A DNA stretch of 46,857 bases. Source: Kiritimatiellia bacterium. Lineage in GTDB: Bacteria > Verrucomicrobiota > Kiritimatiellia > CAIKKV01 > CAITUY01. The DNA is taken from contig JBIJCW010000001.1 in assembly GCA_044344495.1 (NCBI GenBank), forward strand, positions 1 through 46,857. The letters run 5' to 3'. The notes below the pieces were generated by a model. It was not told where the DNA came from and searched no databases. It worked only from the letters and a program-made list of their open reading frames with translations. Below, piece by piece: positions 43,568 to 46,857 of this stretch. How positions within the stretch are numbered: the stretch's first letter is position 1; each line of letters begins with the position of its first letter. The position numbers and the translations under genes were made by a program.

Positions 43568-44989
43568 TCAGGGTTGGCGGGGCCAGTCTGCGAACACGTA
43601 GAGGATCATCTTGCGTTCCAGGAGGGGTGCGACGAAACGCCGCAAGACGCCATAGGGAAGCCCCGGCGTGGTAAAGACGAACACGACGGCGGGAGCCTCG
43701 TGCTTGAGCAGGAGGGCGGGTAGCACGTCCGGACCCGGGGCGGCATGGCGGGTTTCCTTGTAGGTGGACGGGCTGCCGTCGTCACTCCATTCTTCCTCGA
43801 CATGGACCAGTTCCCCGGTGACGCCCGTCCCGGAGTCCGTCAGGTAAAGTTCCCAGGGTTGCGTGGGGCGTTTGGCGCGATCACGATGTTTTTCATCCGG
43901 CAGGAACGTCTTGTAGTAGGGGTGGCCGGAAGGCGGCGGTTCAACGCGGAGGAGGGCGCGACTTTCCAATGACGAGACAAACAGGGCCAGGCGGCGGATG
44001 GTGGCGAGGGGAAGGAGGTCATCGGGTTCAATGGTGGCGTAGAGGTCATTGCCGGCGGCGGCCAGGCGTGTCAGGGAGGAGGCGAGCGGATCCAGGCCGG
44101 TGCCCTGTTCAACCGAGGAGCCCATGGAGATTGTCCATGGCATGGCGGTTTCGGGCAGGGGCATGTTGGTGGATGAGCCGAGGCGCAGGGTGAGGTCGGT
44201 GACGCGACGGTGTCCATCCTTGTGTCTGGGTTCGAGGGTTACGGTGGTGAAGGTGGTGGCAGGGAGACGGAGATCGGGATTCGGGACGAGGAAGGTGTAG
44301 ACTTCGCTTTGCGCGACACGGCGCGGCACATCCAGGACGGTGAATCTTTCGTTGTAGAGGGAGGCGATGCAGTTGGGGGTGTAGACGTCGGCGGCATAGA
44401 CGCGGCCGGTTCCGGCGGCGGGGTCCCATTCGGACCCGGTGAAGAGGAAGCCCTCGTCGGGAATGGTTTTCCCGGTGCGGGTGTCGATGATGAGTTGGGC
44501 GACTGACACTGTGCGGGTGATGTTGGAAGAGCCGATGAGGTCGTCGTAGGTGAAGGTCATGGTGACGGGTTCCCCCCTTGGCCAGAACCGCATGGCGTCG
44601 GGGCTGACGGTTTTTCCGGGCGGCAGGCCGATGAATTCCAAGGCGGCATGGATATCGCTGGGGGCGGCGAAGGATATCGCCAGTGCTTCATAGTCCTTGC
44701 CGCTGGTGGTGGCGATCAAAGGGAATTCCACGGGATCGCCGGGGTTAAGGCGGATGGTTTCGGCGGAGATCTGGACGGTGCGGGCGGTGCGATCGGCGAT
44801 CAGGCCGGGGCGGAGCATTTTGGATGGATCGTGGCCAAAGGCGGCGCGGTATTGGGTGTCCTGCGTGGCGGCGCGGGTTCTGTTTTGGGAGTGGGCGGTG
44901 TCCTTGGCAGGAGCGACTGCGTTGGTTGCGCCAGCGGAGGCCAGTGTGGTGGACAGGGTGGCGAGGAGCAGGGATAGGAATAGCTTCAT
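43568..44989 (-). CDS. Secreted protein with an N-terminal YdjY-like domain, function unknown
   Basis: The signal peptide is MKLFLSLLLATLSTTLASAGA. The segment ...DRTARTVQISAE......DPVEFPLI.TTSGKDYEAL.IS.A.PSDIHAALEFIGLPPGK resembles, from memory, the YdjY-domain pattern seen in PVC bacteria. The start ATG overlaps the ppk1 stop as ATGA. Confidence 0.6.
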   Translation of the reverse strand: MKLFLSLLLATLSTTLASAGATNAVAPAKDTAHSQNRTRAATQDTQYRAAFGHDPSKMLRPGLIADRTARTVQISAETIRLNPGDPVEFPLIATTSGKDYEALAISFAAPSDIHAALEFIGLPPGKTVSPDAMRFWPRGEPVTMTFTYDDLIGSSNITRTVSVAQLIIDTRTGKTIPDEGFLFTGSEWDPAAGTGRVYAADVYTPNCIASLYNERFTVLDVPRRVAQSEVYTFLVPNPDLRLPATTFTTVTLEPRHKDGHRRVTDLTLRLGSSTNMPLPETAMPWTISMGSSVEQGTGLDPLASSLTRLAAAGNDLYATIEPDDLLPLATIRRLALFVSSLESRALLRVEPPPSGHPYYKTFLPDEKHRDRAKRPTQPWELYLTDSGTGVTGELVHVEEEWSDDGSPSTYKETRHAAPGPDVLPALLLKHEAPAVVFVFTTPGLPYGVLRRFVAPLLERKMILYVFADWPRQP

Positions 44990-46857
44990 GGGCGGGTTTC
45001 CGGGCGATGGGGTTGAAAGACGGTAACGGGCCGACCTGGAGATTGGGCCAGGCGGCGGAAGAGGTTATACAGTGTTTCCTGACTGCGCAGGGGTGTCTCG
45101 CCGGGTTTGGCGGTGCTGCGGACATAACGTCCGTCCGGTTGCAGGAGGCGACCCTTGACGGTATCCGCGAGGCAGGTTTCCAGGATGGAGACGAGGCGGG
45201 TTCGGGCGGGTTCGCTTTCCACGGGGACCAGCAGTTCGATACGCCGGTCAAGGTTGCGGGGCATCCAATCGGCGCTGGAGATGAAGATTCGCGGTTCGCC
45301 GCCGTGGTGGAAGTACATGATGCGGCTATGTTCAAGGAAGCGATCGACGATACTGACGACGGAGATGGTTTCGCTGAGGCCGGGGACGCCGGGGCGCAGG
45401 GCGCAGGTGCCGCGGACGTTGAGTCGGATGGTGACGCCTGCTTGGGAGGCGGCATAGAGGGCTTCGATCAGGGGCGGATCGACGAGGGAGTTCAGCTTGG
45501 CCATGATACGGGCTTCCTGTCCCTGGGCGGCGCGGGCGGTCTCGCCGGCGATGAGGTCAAGGAGGCGGTCGCGGAGGCCGATGGGGGCGGCTTCGACGGC
45601 GTGGTACTTGGCGGGTTGGGCGTAACCGGTGATGGTATTGAAGAAGAGGGAGGCATCGGCGGCCAGGGTTTCGTTGCTGGTCATGTAACTGACGTCGGTG
45701 TACAGGCGGGCGGTGACCTCGTTGTAGTTGCCGGTTCCGAAATGGAGGTAGCGGCGGATGCCGCCAGCTTCGCGGCGGATGATCATGCAGAGTTTGGCGT
45801 GCGTCTTGAGTCCCTTGATGCCGTAGATGACCTGGGCGCCAGCCTGCTCGAGTTCGCCGGCCCAGTTGATGTTGCGGGCCTCGTCGAAGCGGGCCTTGAG
45901 TTCCACGATGACGGTGACCTGTTTGCCGTGTTCGGCGGCGCGGACCAGGGAGGCGACGATGGGGCTGTCGGGGCTGGTCCGGTAGAGGATTTGTTTGATG
46001 GCCAGGACATCCGGGTCATCGGCGGCCTGATCGATGAGGCGTTCCACGGGTTCGAAGGATTCAAAGGGGTGGCAGAGGAGGATATCCTGACGGGTGAGAA
46101 TGGAGAACATGGATTCGGTGGCGGGGGCTTGCCGTGAGGGGATGGGGTCCCAGGCAGGGGCGAGGAGGGAAGGGGCGCCCAGGGAGAGGCCTAATTTGAA
46201 GAAGGCGGAAAGGGCGAGGGGTTCACGGATGTCGTGGGTGCCGTCCGGAGAGAGATGCAGGGCGCGCTGGAGGAAGCGGCGGGCCTCCTGCGAGGCGGCG
46301 GCGCTGATTTCGAGGCGTACGCAGTGGCTTTCGCGCCGCTCGGTAAGGACCTTACGCATTTTGTCCAGCAAGTCTCCGGCGAGGTCCTCGCGGATGGCGA
46401 GATCGGCGTTGCGGGTCAAGCGGAACGGGACGGCCTCCAGGATGAGTTCACCGGGGAAGAAGACATCCAGATGCATGCGGACGGCGTCTTCGGTCATCAT
46501 ATAGGCGATGCCCTTGTCCGATTGAAGGCTGATGATGCGGTTGAGGTTACGGGGCAGGGGGATGATGGCGTAGCGGGTGGTCTTGCCGGGCGCGGAGGCG
46601 CGGAGGCGGAGGAGGAGGCACAGGGCGAGACCGGGGAGGGGGGGGAAGGGTGCCGGGGCGGAGGCCGCGAGGGGAGTCAGGAGCGGGAAGATTTCATGGT
46701 AGAAGATGGTTTCGACATGCCGGATCTGTTCGGGGCTGAGTTGTTCGGGGGCGAGGCGCCGGGCGCCATGGGTGGCGAGGGCGGCTTCGATGGCGAGCAG
46801 GCAATCATGCTGGTCGGAGGTCAAGCGCCGGACCTGTTCCGAGATCAGGGAAAGCTG
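44986..46857 (-). CDS. ppk: Polyphosphate kinase 1 (N-terminus beyond the window edge)
   Basis: The motifs are LYRTS.DSPI, A...GK.V.V.VELKARFDE..NI.WA..LE.AG..V.YG, LK.H.K, H.GTGNYN, DRFLEH.RI..F and SADWM.RNL.RR.E. The frame stays open to position 46857. Confidence 0.92.
   Translation of the reverse strand, partial: QLSLISEQVRRLTSDQHDCLLAIEAALATHGARRLAPEQLSPEQIRHVETIFYHEIFPLLTPLAASAPAPFPPLPGLALCLLLRLRASAPGKTTRYAIIPLPRNLNRIISLQSDKGIAYMMTEDAVRMHLDVFFPGELILEAVPFRLTRNADLAIREDLAGDLLDKMRKVLTERRESHCVRLEISAAASQEARRFLQRALHLSPDGTHDIREPLALSAFFKLGLSLGAPSLLAPAWDPIPSRQAPATESMFSILTRQDILLCHPFESFEPVERLIDQAADDPDVLAIKQILYRTSPDSPIVASLVRAAEHGKQVTVIVELKARFDEARNINWAGELEQAGAQVIYGIKGLKTHAKLCMIIRREAGGIRRYLHFGTGNYNEVTARLYTDVSYMTSNETLAADASLFFNTITGYAQPAKYHAVEAAPIGLRDRLLDLIAGETARAAQGQEARIMAKLNSLVDPPLIEALYAASQAGVTIRLNVRGTCALRPGVPGLSETISVVSIVDRFLEHSRIMYFHHGGEPRIFISSADWMPRNLDRRIELLVPVESEPARTRLVSILETCLADTVKGRLLQPDGRYVRSTAKPGETPLRSQETLYNLFRRLAQSPGRPVTVFQPHRPETRP

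Overview
This is a high-G+C, densely coding bacterial chromosomal segment of about 47 kb. Gene content and intergenic style suggest a PVC-group organism (Verrucomicrobiota or Kiritimatiellota-like), but that is a guess from memory, not a search result. Most genes are housekeeping. Left to right: archease (partial), an RdgC-like protein, an AI-2E transporter, an FmdB zinc-ribbon protein, class I DAHP synthase, and a small lower-G+C islet with two type II toxin-antitoxin pairs (Phd-VapC and Phd-RelE). Then come an MFS transporter and a co-directional minus-strand run of acyl-CoA dehydrogenase, HAD hydrolase, proC, top6B and top6A (a bacterial topoisomerase VI). These are followed by a TrmJ-like methyltransferase, Lrp plus aminotransferase, a zinc-ribbon::PTS-EIIA fusion, tRNA-Arg(ACG), nadA, uvrB and an SrkA-like kinase. 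Next are a PAP2::GT39/ArnT-like fusion, a TVP38 protein, LptF/G, ptsP (EI-Ntr), rfbC and rfbA, a visibly lower-G+C GT-C-like membrane protein and mtlD. An ~800 bp non-coding block made of two palindromic elements separates mtlD from purD and purE. The window ends with a degenerate S41 peptidase-like protein, a TsaC::LMW-PTP fusion, an RpiB::GlyA fusion, a cNMP-binding protein, nth, a small lipoprotein, a secreted YdjY-like protein translationally coupled to ppk1, and ppk1 itself (partial). I saw no CRISPR array, rRNA, transposase or integrase. The signals most worth a second look are listed here. (1) Two heptanucleotide tandem repeats lie in the leaders of top6A and the S41-like gene; the first is in frame with an ATGA-coupled upstream start. 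(2) The nested inverted-repeat elements at 35.4-36.1 kb. (3) A run of domain fusions: ZnR-EIIA, PAP2-GT39, TsaC-PTP and RpiB-GlyA. (4) The TA islet, with a coupled small-ORF pair and a gene remnant. All functional calls rest on motif and family recognition by eye. No BLAST, HMM or RNA-folding run was possible.
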